DNA of 64,000 nt, taken from Armatimonadota bacterium. GTDB lineage: Bacteria; Armatimonadota; UBA5829; DSUL01. Each line of letters opens with the position of its first letter. Within the stretch, counting starts at the first letter, position 1. The position numbers and the translations under genes are program-made. Where the stretch lies: positions 608,001 to 672,000 of the forward strand of contig JBDHZC010000002.1 in assembly GCA_039811685.1 (NCBI GenBank), given 5' to 3'. The notes beneath the pieces were generated by a model. The model was not told the DNA's origin. It made no database searches and was given only the letters and a program-made list of their open reading frames with translations. Below are positions 30,481 through 38,682 of this stretch, piece after piece.

Positions 30481-30777
30481 TTAGGTGATCAGCGGTTCGG
30501 TGAAGTCCACATACTTATCGACGCCAAAGGTTTCCACGCACCGCTTTCTTCCGCCCGGCAGACTGTAGATTCGCAGGCTATCCTTATCGGCGTCAATAAT
30601 CTGCAGCAGCCGGTGTCTCAACTCCTCCAGCTCCACATCCGTCAGAGACAACTCAAACACGGAGTACTGAACCCGCGTGCCGTAGTTAACACACTGCTTT
30701 GAAGCCTTGCGAAGCCTTTTGCGCCCCGCGGCGTCCTCGGTATTTACGTCGTAGCTGATCAGGTAGTCTGCACGCAC
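30481..30777 (-). CDS. cas2: CRISPR-associated endonuclease Cas2
   Basis: LISYDV, RLRK, YGTRVQYSVFE, DSLRIY. Confidence 0.95.
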   Translation of the reverse strand: MRADYLISYDVNTEDAAGRKRLRKASKQCVNYGTRVQYSVFELSLTDVELEELRHRLLQIIDADKDSLRIYSLPGGRKRCVETFGVDKYVDFTEPLIT

Positions 30778-30788
30778 GCATGGATCTC

Positions 30789-31823
30789 CTATCCTGGAAT
30801 GAAGGGGGCGTAGGAGGGAATCTCTCCCCGCAGATGCCGCGCCAGAATCCGCGCCTGCAGATGCGGAACCAGGCCAAGTGGAACTTTCTTCTTGAGCAAT
30901 GGGTGGCTGATCTCGCGCTGTTTACGCTTCTGATACGCCACGATCACCTTCTTGCGCCCTTCGTCGGTCAACAGGAAAGACGGCCCCGGACGCTCTTGAA
31001 AGTCGTCCGCATCAATCTGCTTGAGATTGACCAGACTGAGCGCAAGGCGATCCGCCAGAGGAGCGCGAAACTCCTCCACCAGGTCAAGGCAGAGTTCTGG
31101 CCGACCAGAACGGATCGAGTGCAGAAAGCCAAACTGAGGATCCAGACCCACGCCCTCCAACGCCGTGCGGCAATCAGTCGAGGCAAGCGCATACAGAAAG
31201 GAGAGAAGGCAGTTCATGCGGTCCCGCGGTGGGCGGCGGCTGCGGCCTGCAAAGCGGAAGTGCGTGCGCTGTTGAGTGATCATGACGTCAAAGGCATCAA
31301 AGTAAGCCGAGGCGCCATGACCTTCAATGCCCCGAAGCGTTTCCAGTGAGGCCGCCAGCCCGAGCTCACGCAGCAGGTTCTCCATTTGAGCAATTGACGC
31401 TTGAAGGACCGGTGAACTATCTCCCGCGCCACCTTCGCGCAGAGCGCGGCGCAGGACTGCGCGACTGTTCTGCAGCTTACCCGCTACAAACTGCCGGGCG
31501 ATTGTCAGGGTGCGCGCAGGGGAGGAAAACGCCTCATAGTGGGCCTTGCGCAACAGCACATTTCCACTGGTCGCACCTACCATCCGGGCAAGATAGCGCC
31601 CATTCATATCAAGATAGGTGATGCTACGCCCATCCTCCGCACACCGCTGGACCAGGTACGGGCTGACTCCCACCTGCCCGAAGAGCACGATTCCTCCGAG
31701 ATGCAAGAGCGGGGTCTGCGTCAACCTGGATCCCTCGGCTTCGACCTTGACAGTCTCTCCGTCCAGCCGAACGTAAGCGCCCTGCGTCATCACAAACAAT
31801 GTGTTCAGAAGCTCGGCGTTCAA
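30789..31823 (-). CDS. cas1: CRISPR-associated endonuclease Cas1, type I-C
   Basis: LLNTLFVMTQGAY, SGNVLLR, LRGIEG, RRPPRDRMNCLLSFLY, GFLH, LDLVEEFR. Confidence 0.96.
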   Translation of the reverse strand: MNAELLNTLFVMTQGAYVRLDGETVKVEAEGSRLTQTPLLHLGGIVLFGQVGVSPYLVQRCAEDGRSITYLDMNGRYLARMVGATSGNVLLRKAHYEAFSSPARTLTIARQFVAGKLQNSRAVLRRALREGGAGDSSPVLQASIAQMENLLRELGLAASLETLRGIEGHGASAYFDAFDVMITQQRTHFRFAGRSRRPPRDRMNCLLSFLYALASTDCRTALEGVGLDPQFGFLHSIRSGRPELCLDLVEEFRAPLADRLALSLVNLKQIDADDFQERPGPSFLLTDEGRKKVIVAYQKRKQREISHPLLKKKVPLGLVPHLQARILARHLRGEIPSYAPFIPG

Positions 31824-31838
31824 CGGCTGCCTCGCATG

Positions 31839-32498
31839 TCACTCCAGCCCGAGGCCGTCGACCGGCACGAACCGGGCTTCTTCCCGATCTACCGAAAGCT
31901 CAGCCAGAAGCGACGGCTGGCACGCCTCGATAAGCGAGCATCTGGGGCAACGGCTGTCATTGACTGGCGCTGGCACCCTCTCGCGAAGCAGCATCTCCCT
32001 CACCCCTTCGATGGCGTCCTCCGTCGCCCGGCGAAGTTCGCGCGTGAAGTTCACTTCGCGGCGGCGACGCGCCTTTTGATAGAATAGCGCGCCACGCGTT
32101 ACACAGCATCCTAACATCTCTTCCAGACACAACGCCTGAGCGCAAACCTGCACCTCGTCATGCAACTTCTGGCCCGGAGGCCCATGTTTGTACTCCACGG
32201 GAAACACGGCGCCATCAGGCCACGGCGGCCCATCGGAACGGAATTCAACAGCGTCCGCTTTTCCAAAGATACCAAGACGCTCGCAGACCAGTGGCAGGGC
32301 AAACTCCACACGGACCGAAGCCTCCGCGCAGCCCGTATCTGAGTGTACTCGCTCGTGTTCCCGCCGCCCACGCAGCGTGTAGATGTTCTCGTCAAAGGTA
32401 TGCTCCAGGTGGATCAGCCCACACTGACGAGGACAGTACACCCAGTGCTCCAGCGCCGAAATCATCACCCAGGCGTCGTCGGGAGCGGTGTCAGTCAC
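31839..32498 (-). CDS. cas4: CRISPR-associated exonuclease Cas4
   Basis: ISALEHWVYCPRQ, GKADAVE, PVEYKHG, QVCAQALCLEEM, CPRCSLIEAC. Confidence 0.95.
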   Translation of the reverse strand: MTDTAPDDAWVMISALEHWVYCPRQCGLIHLEHTFDENIYTLRGRREHERVHSDTGCAEASVRVEFALPLVCERLGIFGKADAVEFRSDGPPWPDGAVFPVEYKHGPPGQKLHDEVQVCAQALCLEEMLGCCVTRGALFYQKARRRREVNFTRELRRATEDAIEGVREMLLRERVPAPVNDSRCPRCSLIEACQPSLLAELSVDREEARFVPVDGLGLE

Positions 32499-33627
32499 GC
32501 CAGTCGTTGTAGAGCTCGGTGACTGTCACCCCGATGGCCGTACCGTCGCGAGTCAGACGGCCATCCGGGGCGGTCCAGATTCCATTTTTCTCCCAGGCAA
32601 GCTCGACGGCGTAGTCCCTGTAGTGTCGGGCAGGTGGCGTGTTCTCGTCTTCCTTCATCGTACGAAGACGACCGTCCGATGGACGTATCACGCACAGCTC
32701 AAAGAGCTTGTGGACGGGGTAGTTGCCGAGCTTGTGATCATGAGAGAAAACCCAGGCCGCCAGTGCCTTCATGCTACCGGCAGGACGAGCGTCGGAAACG
32801 GAGAACTGAAACATCTGCCGTAGCCCATTCCACAGGACGGCCAAATCGTCTTTGGTTACCTGTCCGAACCGGTCCAGTGTGGGGAAGTACTGCCCGGTAC
32901 CTCGATAAAGCCCATAGGGCATTCCCGCCGTACTTCCGGGCATTGAAGACACTGCTTTGTCCTGCTCGATAGACTCCTTGGGATTGTCCGTACGCGCTGT
33001 TCTAACAATCGACATCAGCCCTGGAACGATCTCTTCGACCGTTTCGGCCATGCCGATACTGACACATCCCACGCACTGCCCCCCATTAAGGATGTCCTCT
33101 TTCTTGACCTGACCCGTCTGCTTGAGCTTTTTCGGAGACGGCGTTTCACCTTCGACTCCAGCGTCACTCGAGCTTTCTAAATCCGCAGACGCCGGGTCAT
33201 CCTTACCTACGGTCAAGACACCGCCAAACATCCGGATATCCCAGAAGAAGTCCCGCATGTTCTTCTGGTTCTCCTCGGTGGTGCCTCTGCCGTGCTTCTT
33301 TCGTACCGACTGGTGCTCATTCTTCAGCAGGCCTCTATGTTTGACGTAGAGATTCATTCGTCCCTTATCATCGTTGACATCTGACGTGCCGTATAGATCG
33401 GCCATGAAATCACGCAGCTTGCGCTTAAGCGAACCCGATGAGACAAGGCCCTGGCCAGTCTCGAAATCCTGCCTTGGCATATTGTCTGAGTCAGGATCGC
33501 CGTTGGGATTACACCGGGTAGCGTCAAAGATGAAGAAAAAGTCATGTCTCTTTGTGGGATCAAGCACCAGATGACCTTCACATAGACTGAGTGCGTAGCC
33601 TAACCTGTCGCTAAGATGTACGTTCAT
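32491..33627 (-). CDS. cas7: Cas7 (Csd2-like), type I-C, divergent and lengthened
   Basis: NPNGDPDSDNMPRQD, LKRKLRD, FWDIRMFGGV, PYGLYR, SDARPAGSM, WVFSHDHKLGN; start at MNVHL after a purine-rich RBS. Confidence 0.88.
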   Translation of the reverse strand: MNVHLSDRLGYALSLCEGHLVLDPTKRHDFFFIFDATRCNPNGDPDSDNMPRQDFETGQGLVSSGSLKRKLRDFMADLYGTSDVNDDKGRMNLYVKHRGLLKNEHQSVRKKHGRGTTEENQKNMRDFFWDIRMFGGVLTVGKDDPASADLESSSDAGVEGETPSPKKLKQTGQVKKEDILNGGQCVGCVSIGMAETVEEIVPGLMSIVRTARTDNPKESIEQDKAVSSMPGSTAGMPYGLYRGTGQYFPTLDRFGQVTKDDLAVLWNGLRQMFQFSVSDARPAGSMKALAAWVFSHDHKLGNYPVHKLFELCVIRPSDGRLRTMKEDENTPPARHYRDYAVELAWEKNGIWTAPDGRLTRDGTAIGVTVTELYNDWRD

Positions 33628-33964
33628 TTTTTCCCTCTTCAGAACGATGGTGATAGAAGCCTTTCCAGAACCAGCCTTGCTCCTCGATGTTATGGGCTTT
33701 CGCAAAGACAGTCGTCCCAAGCAGACGACTGATCTGCGTATGGATGTAGCTTGCTCCAGTTGGATTGTCGCGCCGTAGTTTTGGCATATAGATCTGATTC
33801 AACCTTGTAATCAGCTCTCCAAGAACTTGATTCGGCCTAGTCGCAGCGAGTCGTGCATTGGAAGCCAAGAGCGTCTTGCCTGATTCGCCGACCGCTAATC
33901 GTTGTGCGTAGCAGATAAGACTAAACACGCGCCCCGCGTTGTAAGCATTGCGCTGTCGTTCCAT
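33611..33964 (-). CDS. cas11: Putative Cas11c small subunit translated from an internal in-frame start in cas8c (117 aa)
   Basis: GAGGTG-9 nt-ATG in frame just before the Cas11-like C-terminal domain (MERQRNAYNAGRVF...). Confidence 0.55.
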   Translation of the reverse strand: MERQRNAYNAGRVFSLICYAQRLAVGESGKTLLASNARLAATRPNQVLGELITRLNQIYMPKLRRDNPTGASYIHTQISRLLGTTVFAKAHNIEEQGWFWKGFYHHRSEEGKNERTS

Positions 33965-35527
33965 CAGTCTGTTCACCTCAACTTTCTCCAGATTGTTCAA
34001 CGAGCACAAACAAATGTTGAGAAGGACCAGCCTGTCCAGTGGGAAGCAGGCGGTATTCGTTACCATGCCTTTGCTTTGCTTCGGCCTTGCTCGGGGCGTG
34101 AACGTGGGCTCCCACCCCGCTTCCAACTCAGTCGCCAATCGTCCCACCACGGCGCTCAGTACCGTCAAAGGTACACGGCCAACGCCTAGGCTGACCGCCA
34201 GCAGGCGTCGCCACAGGACTCTCTCGCCACTTGTCATTGTGTTGAGACGTCCGTCCGCCAAATGCACCTTCTCAAACCACCGAGAACGGGGACGCAAGGC
34301 CATGATCAACTCAGTCAGATTGTAGACCTCTGTCTGCTGATCACCAAGTACAGCCTGCCACTTCCACCACCTTAGAATTGCCGTGCCGGCGGCCTCCGCC
34401 TCCTTTTTCAGCCAGCAAGTGACAAAGGCCGTGGCTTTGTGGGCTCCGAGCCCCAGAACGCTTACACCTTCGGGTGCGATACCCGCTTTCTGCCCAGTTC
34501 TCACGCTATTCAGCAGAGCTCTCCAAACCTGCGGATCAACAGCCTGCTCACCCCACGGCTTGAGTACCGTGTCCCCCCAAAATCCGAGCACCTCGTCGTC
34601 AAGAAGCAGCCGCGAGCTGTCAGACTCCAACAGGCTGTTCCACTCTTTCGCTGCCCGGTCAGCACATTGTGTACAGATAGGGGCGTTGTAAGCCTGCCGT
34701 CGGCCCCGCGAGGCGTACGCAGCGCAATTGAAGGACGTAAAACGATGCTTTCTAGGCACAATCTTGACACCGTCCTTTAAGCGTTCGAGCCCGTCAAAAC
34801 CGGGAATCAGGCGCTCGACCACGTCCTTCTGCCCACAAACCAGACACTGCGCTCTCACTAGCGGCGGAAGCGACAAATCTGCAGCGTCTGGAACGATCGC
34901 GACCGACCCATCTGACCGTGCGGTTTTTGCCTTCCGCGTTCCGCGGGCGGCAGCTTCGCTCAGTGCTCGTCCTTGCGAACACCAGAAGCTCACTACCTCA
35001 GAGTCCTGCCACCATGCCTGCTCGTCCACATAGATCGCAGCATACAAATTAGACGTCAAGGGAGGCTTCGAGGCTTGAGATTTGATCTGACTGTCTATCT
35101 CGCGCGTCATTCCGGCAGTGTCATTAGTGTTGAGAAAACTGCACCAAGCGCTAACTTGCTGCGAATTCGGTAGCGCAAGAGCAACTTTTGCTGCGAAATC
35201 CCGGAGATTACGCGCCTTGGATGCGCAGTTTCTATCCGTCGCTAAAGAGACGCTCCACGCGTGCTTCATGCCTTGGACGACGAATTTTCTGCCCAAGAGA
35301 TGTTCCAGCTTATGCACTCCCATGCTGGGCTTCCCAGAATTAGTCGGGTCGAGAAAAGGAAACCAACGTCGTGGGAGCTGCGAGTCTTTAGCCAGCTTGT
35401 GGATGACGATGCCCCGGAGCACCCCGGAGCCATCAATGTGGATGTCAGCGGCGACTTCCTGTTTCCAGCACCCGACAGGCGGAAGTGTTTTGCGCTCCGC
35501 CAAACGACACAGCTCTTGCAGGATCAT
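33611..35527 (-). CDS. cas8c: Cas8c (Csd1-like) large subunit, divergent
   Basis: MILQEL start overlapping the cas5 stop (ATGA); CLVCG, SFN..AY.S.G..QAYNAPICTQC; C-terminal YNAGRVFS and EEQGWFWKGFYH. Confidence 0.82.
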   Translation of the reverse strand: MILQELCRLAERKTLPPVGCWKQEVAADIHIDGSGVLRGIVIHKLAKDSQLPRRWFPFLDPTNSGKPSMGVHKLEHLLGRKFVVQGMKHAWSVSLATDRNCASKARNLRDFAAKVALALPNSQQVSAWCSFLNTNDTAGMTREIDSQIKSQASKPPLTSNLYAAIYVDEQAWWQDSEVVSFWCSQGRALSEAAARGTRKAKTARSDGSVAIVPDAADLSLPPLVRAQCLVCGQKDVVERLIPGFDGLERLKDGVKIVPRKHRFTSFNCAAYASRGRRQAYNAPICTQCADRAAKEWNSLLESDSSRLLLDDEVLGFWGDTVLKPWGEQAVDPQVWRALLNSVRTGQKAGIAPEGVSVLGLGAHKATAFVTCWLKKEAEAAGTAILRWWKWQAVLGDQQTEVYNLTELIMALRPRSRWFEKVHLADGRLNTMTSGERVLWRRLLAVSLGVGRVPLTVLSAVVGRLATELEAGWEPTFTPRARPKQSKGMVTNTACFPLDRLVLLNICLCSLNNLEKVEVNRLMERQRNAYNAGRVFSLICYAQRLAVGESGKTLLASNARLAATRPNQVLGELITRLNQIYMPKLRRDNPTGASYIHTQISRLLGTTVFAKAHNIEEQGWFWKGFYHHRSEEGKNERTS

Positions 35528-36180
35528 CTGAAGGTCTCCTCCATTACCGGGCGGAGCCAACCGTTCCCTTGCACCAGCTTACAGAAACGGTATTGGACCT
35601 CGGTCGCCCCTTCCGGTAGCACTGCGCTGTGGACGATATACCCCAAGTTGGAAAAATCGAGCGTGCTGACCGGATCGGTATCTAGCACGCCAAAGAAGGC
35701 GCCCAGCTCCCGAAGGCCCAAGTACGGCTGGTGATAGCATTGGCCCTGTCTCACTCTGTGGTTAAACTGGCGCGCGATGGAAGCAGGGTTCGTTGAACTC
35801 GCAAAGATGCGGGCACGAGCGCGAATGGCATAGCAGGGCCAACGAAGGATTTGGCATGTGCGTTGTACGCGGTGTTGTTTAATGTTGTAACCGTCTCTCG
35901 GGTGCGTCTCGCCCTGTGACGCAAGCTCATTCAACGTCATCGACATGTAGTTTTCCCAATCTATGTGTCCGCCGCGGTCAGGGTGGGGCAGCAGCCCGAG
36001 CCCCGTTACTTCCCATCGGAACTCTGGCTTCCAATAGATCGATTCTAGAATCCCTACAGCTGCACTAGGCGTGATGATTGGGTAGCTCACGCGTTCGACC
36101 TTATTCTCCGGCCGGGTGAAGCACGCATAGCGCCCCCAAACCTTTACCTCAATGAGATGGTTTTGTGAGTGGTCAAACAC
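35524..36180 (-). CDS. cas5: Cas5c (Cas5d), type I-C
   Basis: VWGRYACFTRPENKVERVSYPIITPSAAVGILESIYWKP, GQCYHQPYLGLRE; GTG start after AGGAGG. Confidence 0.92.
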   Translation of the reverse strand: MFDHSQNHLIEVKVWGRYACFTRPENKVERVSYPIITPSAAVGILESIYWKPEFRWEVTGLGLLPHPDRGGHIDWENYMSMTLNELASQGETHPRDGYNIKQHRVQRTCQILRWPCYAIRARARIFASSTNPASIARQFNHRVRQGQCYHQPYLGLRELGAFFGVLDTDPVSTLDFSNLGYIVHSAVLPEGATEVQYRFCKLVQGNGWLRPVMEETFR

Positions 36181-38377
36181 AGCAATCCTCCTGAGCCATC
36201 TCGACAGTTTCACCCAACCCGAGATAAGGATGGTAAGAGCCTGTCCAAAGATGTAACCCTCCAATCCAGTTCTCCACAAGGTAAGACTCCGAGAGCCGTA
36301 GGACATCAACGTGCCTCATGCACACGGAGATCCGCTGCAGTTGCTGCCACTCCGCATCCTCAGCGAAGCCCTTAGATCGGATGCGCTCGAGGTCGTTTTT
36401 GGTTAGCCCGGCGTGGCTGATCTCGCTCCACACAAGTACCGGGAACGTCTCGTCTGCGATCATCCTGTATTCTCTCGCTACAGCTGGATAATCGAAGTGC
36501 TCGCGGCGCTCCTGGATTCTCCTACCCGTGTCCGCTACGCTCTGGTAAAAGAGCCGAAAGAAGCTTTCGTAGAGCTCCGGGTCATGAAGATCCGCGTCCC
36601 TGTCCTGCAGTTTGACCTGCGCTGCCTGCATCGCCTGCCGGTACACACCAGGTGGTGCGCTTGCGTCCGTGATCCGAAATATGTGGACATCTCCAAATGG
36701 CGGCGTATTCGGCTGACCATTACGATTGCAGCGCCCGGCTGCCTGAACAATTCGATCCAACGGACCGAATTCACGGTAAACTACGGGAAAGTCAAGGTCC
36801 ACGCCCGCCTCAACAACTTGCGTAGATATCACAATGACCCTGCGTTGAAGCGGAGGTTTGATCCTTTCCAATGTCTTCTTCCGGTGCTGAGGGTGAAGGA
36901 GAGTCGATAAATGCAGTACTTCGACGTCGTCTATCGTCTGCTGCCGGACTTTCTTCCAGAGCACCACCGCCAGTCGCTTGGTATTCGTGATCACTAATAC
37001 CGATTCCTTGTGGTGTCGAACTATCCGGCGTGCGATTTCCTCCGCCTCAGCCTCCTGCGGCTCGAAGTGGTAACAAACGCGTTTGGCCTGGCGAAACAGC
37101 TCTTTCACATTGCCCAGTATTGGTCGTGCTTGCGGGAGCGAGACAGCAAAATTCATGTTCTGCTCGAGCGCGGGTTGGGTAGCAGTGCAGAGAAGAATAG
37201 TACACCCGTAACATTCATGAACGAGTGCACGCAGCATATCCAGGGTGGGTTCCAGCAAATGCGGCGGCAGAGTCTGTACTTCGTCAAGAATTATGACGCT
37301 TCGAAGGATGTTACGAAGTTTTCGACATCGACTGCGCTTATTCGAGAACAGACTTTCGAACAGCTGAACGGTAGTTGTCACAATGATTGGAGCTTCCCAG
37401 CGGTCAGCCACATCGCGCTGACGGCGCGCGATCAACGTCTGCTCCTCCGTATCCGGCGGCTCCAGACCGCTGTGGTGCTCAATTACGGCGTCGACAGGAA
37501 GAAACTCTCGATACACTTTGGCCGTCTGGTCTATGATTGAGGTATATGGCGCCGCATATATCACTCGTCGCAGACACGTGTGAGCGCCTATATGCGCAAG
37601 TGCAAACGCCAAGGTTGCCAACGTCTTTCCCGAGCCTGTCGGGGCCGTGAGAGTGAAAAGTCCGGGATGGTCTTTCGCCTTCTCCAAGCACTCAGAATAC
37701 ACCTTTGCTCTCAACCGATCAATGGATGAGGCCGCTCTGGTGAATCTCTTCCCGTAGGTATCAAAGAAATACTTGCGACACTCAGCCACGCTGGGATAGC
37801 TTTTCCGCAGCCAGGTATGCTCGTGCTGAGCGCTATCGTAACTGTCGGCTTCGACCAGGCAAGAATAGAGGAATCGCAAGAATGGCTCTACCAACCATTT
37901 CTCACGACTCAGGAACTTGGGAAACGTAAGTGGTCGGCGGTGGGCCTCCAAGAATTTGCGGGATTTACAATCGGCAGAGTATTTGTTTCTTAGCTCTGCT
38001 AGTTGAGTTTCGTTAAGCTGGTAGATGCCACTGTGATGACCAGCGATAACGGGCCACAGGAACTCCAAGTCTTCTGTGCATAGCAGCGCGCCGTAAGGGG
38101 AATGCACTACCTCTCCACGGCGAACAGAGTTAGGCGTGTCCACGCAGCGCTTCAAATACTCCTGGAACTCTGGCCGAAACTTTCCGACGTCGTGTAGCAG
38201 CCCGGCCATGTAGCCGTAATCCCTGCCACCAAACCCTGCGGCCAACGCACCTGTAAGTCGAGCCACGCGCAGAAGATGAGGTTCAAGCTCCTGCCATTTC
38301 CCATCAGCATTGGGGGTATGTGCGTAGCACTTCTCTGTGCCTGTGTCGTCCACTACCAGCTTCTCCTGCTTGCTCAT
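36173..38377 (-). CDS. cas3: Cas3 HD nuclease-helicase
   Basis: YAHT..HL, LLHDVGK, IAGHH, APTGSGKT, LDEVQ, TATQP, STQVVEAGVDLDF, QAAGRCNR. Confidence 0.95.
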   Translation of the reverse strand: MSKQEKLVVDDTGTEKCYAHTPNADGKWQELEPHLLRVARLTGALAAGFGGRDYGYMAGLLHDVGKFRPEFQEYLKRCVDTPNSVRRGEVVHSPYGALLCTEDLEFLWPVIAGHHSGIYQLNETQLAELRNKYSADCKSRKFLEAHRRPLTFPKFLSREKWLVEPFLRFLYSCLVEADSYDSAQHEHTWLRKSYPSVAECRKYFFDTYGKRFTRAASSIDRLRAKVYSECLEKAKDHPGLFTLTAPTGSGKTLATLAFALAHIGAHTCLRRVIYAAPYTSIIDQTAKVYREFLPVDAVIEHHSGLEPPDTEEQTLIARRQRDVADRWEAPIIVTTTVQLFESLFSNKRSRCRKLRNILRSVIILDEVQTLPPHLLEPTLDMLRALVHECYGCTILLCTATQPALEQNMNFAVSLPQARPILGNVKELFRQAKRVCYHFEPQEAEAEEIARRIVRHHKESVLVITNTKRLAVVLWKKVRQQTIDDVEVLHLSTLLHPQHRKKTLERIKPPLQRRVIVISTQVVEAGVDLDFPVVYREFGPLDRIVQAAGRCNRNGQPNTPPFGDVHIFRITDASAPPGVYRQAMQAAQVKLQDRDADLHDPELYESFFRLFYQSVADTGRRIQERREHFDYPAVAREYRMIADETFPVLVWSEISHAGLTKNDLERIRSKGFAEDAEWQQLQRISVCMRHVDVLRLSESYLVENWIGGLHLWTGSYHPYLGLGETVEMAQEDCCV

Positions 38378-38461
38378 TTCTCTGCGGCGCCGTCCCTCCC
38401 CTGCCCGGTAGCCGTGTTTATCGCCTGAGCCGGACAGGGCGCCGGTGACTTCCTGACGCAC

Positions 38462-38496
38462 AGTGTACAGCTCACCACTGTCATTTTCTGTCAGTG
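38462..38496 (-). promoter_or_regulatory. Putative cas operon promoter with an overlapping imperfect palindrome
   Basis: Minus strand cactgaca-gaaaa-tgacagtg, then TGACAG-N10-TACACT. Confidence 0.5.
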
Positions 38497-38682
38497 AAGC
38501 ACAGATCGAATGAGTTGTTGTGGGTTGTGACGGAGCTTAGTTGTCCGACGCTTGCCCTCCAAGCGGAGTGAGAAGGGGTGGAAGGCCGCGCCAACTATCA
38601 GATGACCACGTGGGGCGCGTAAGTTGACACGAGGCGAGAGCAGGTGGTGGTAAAGTGGACAGGCGGGGTGGCCTTATCGAAA

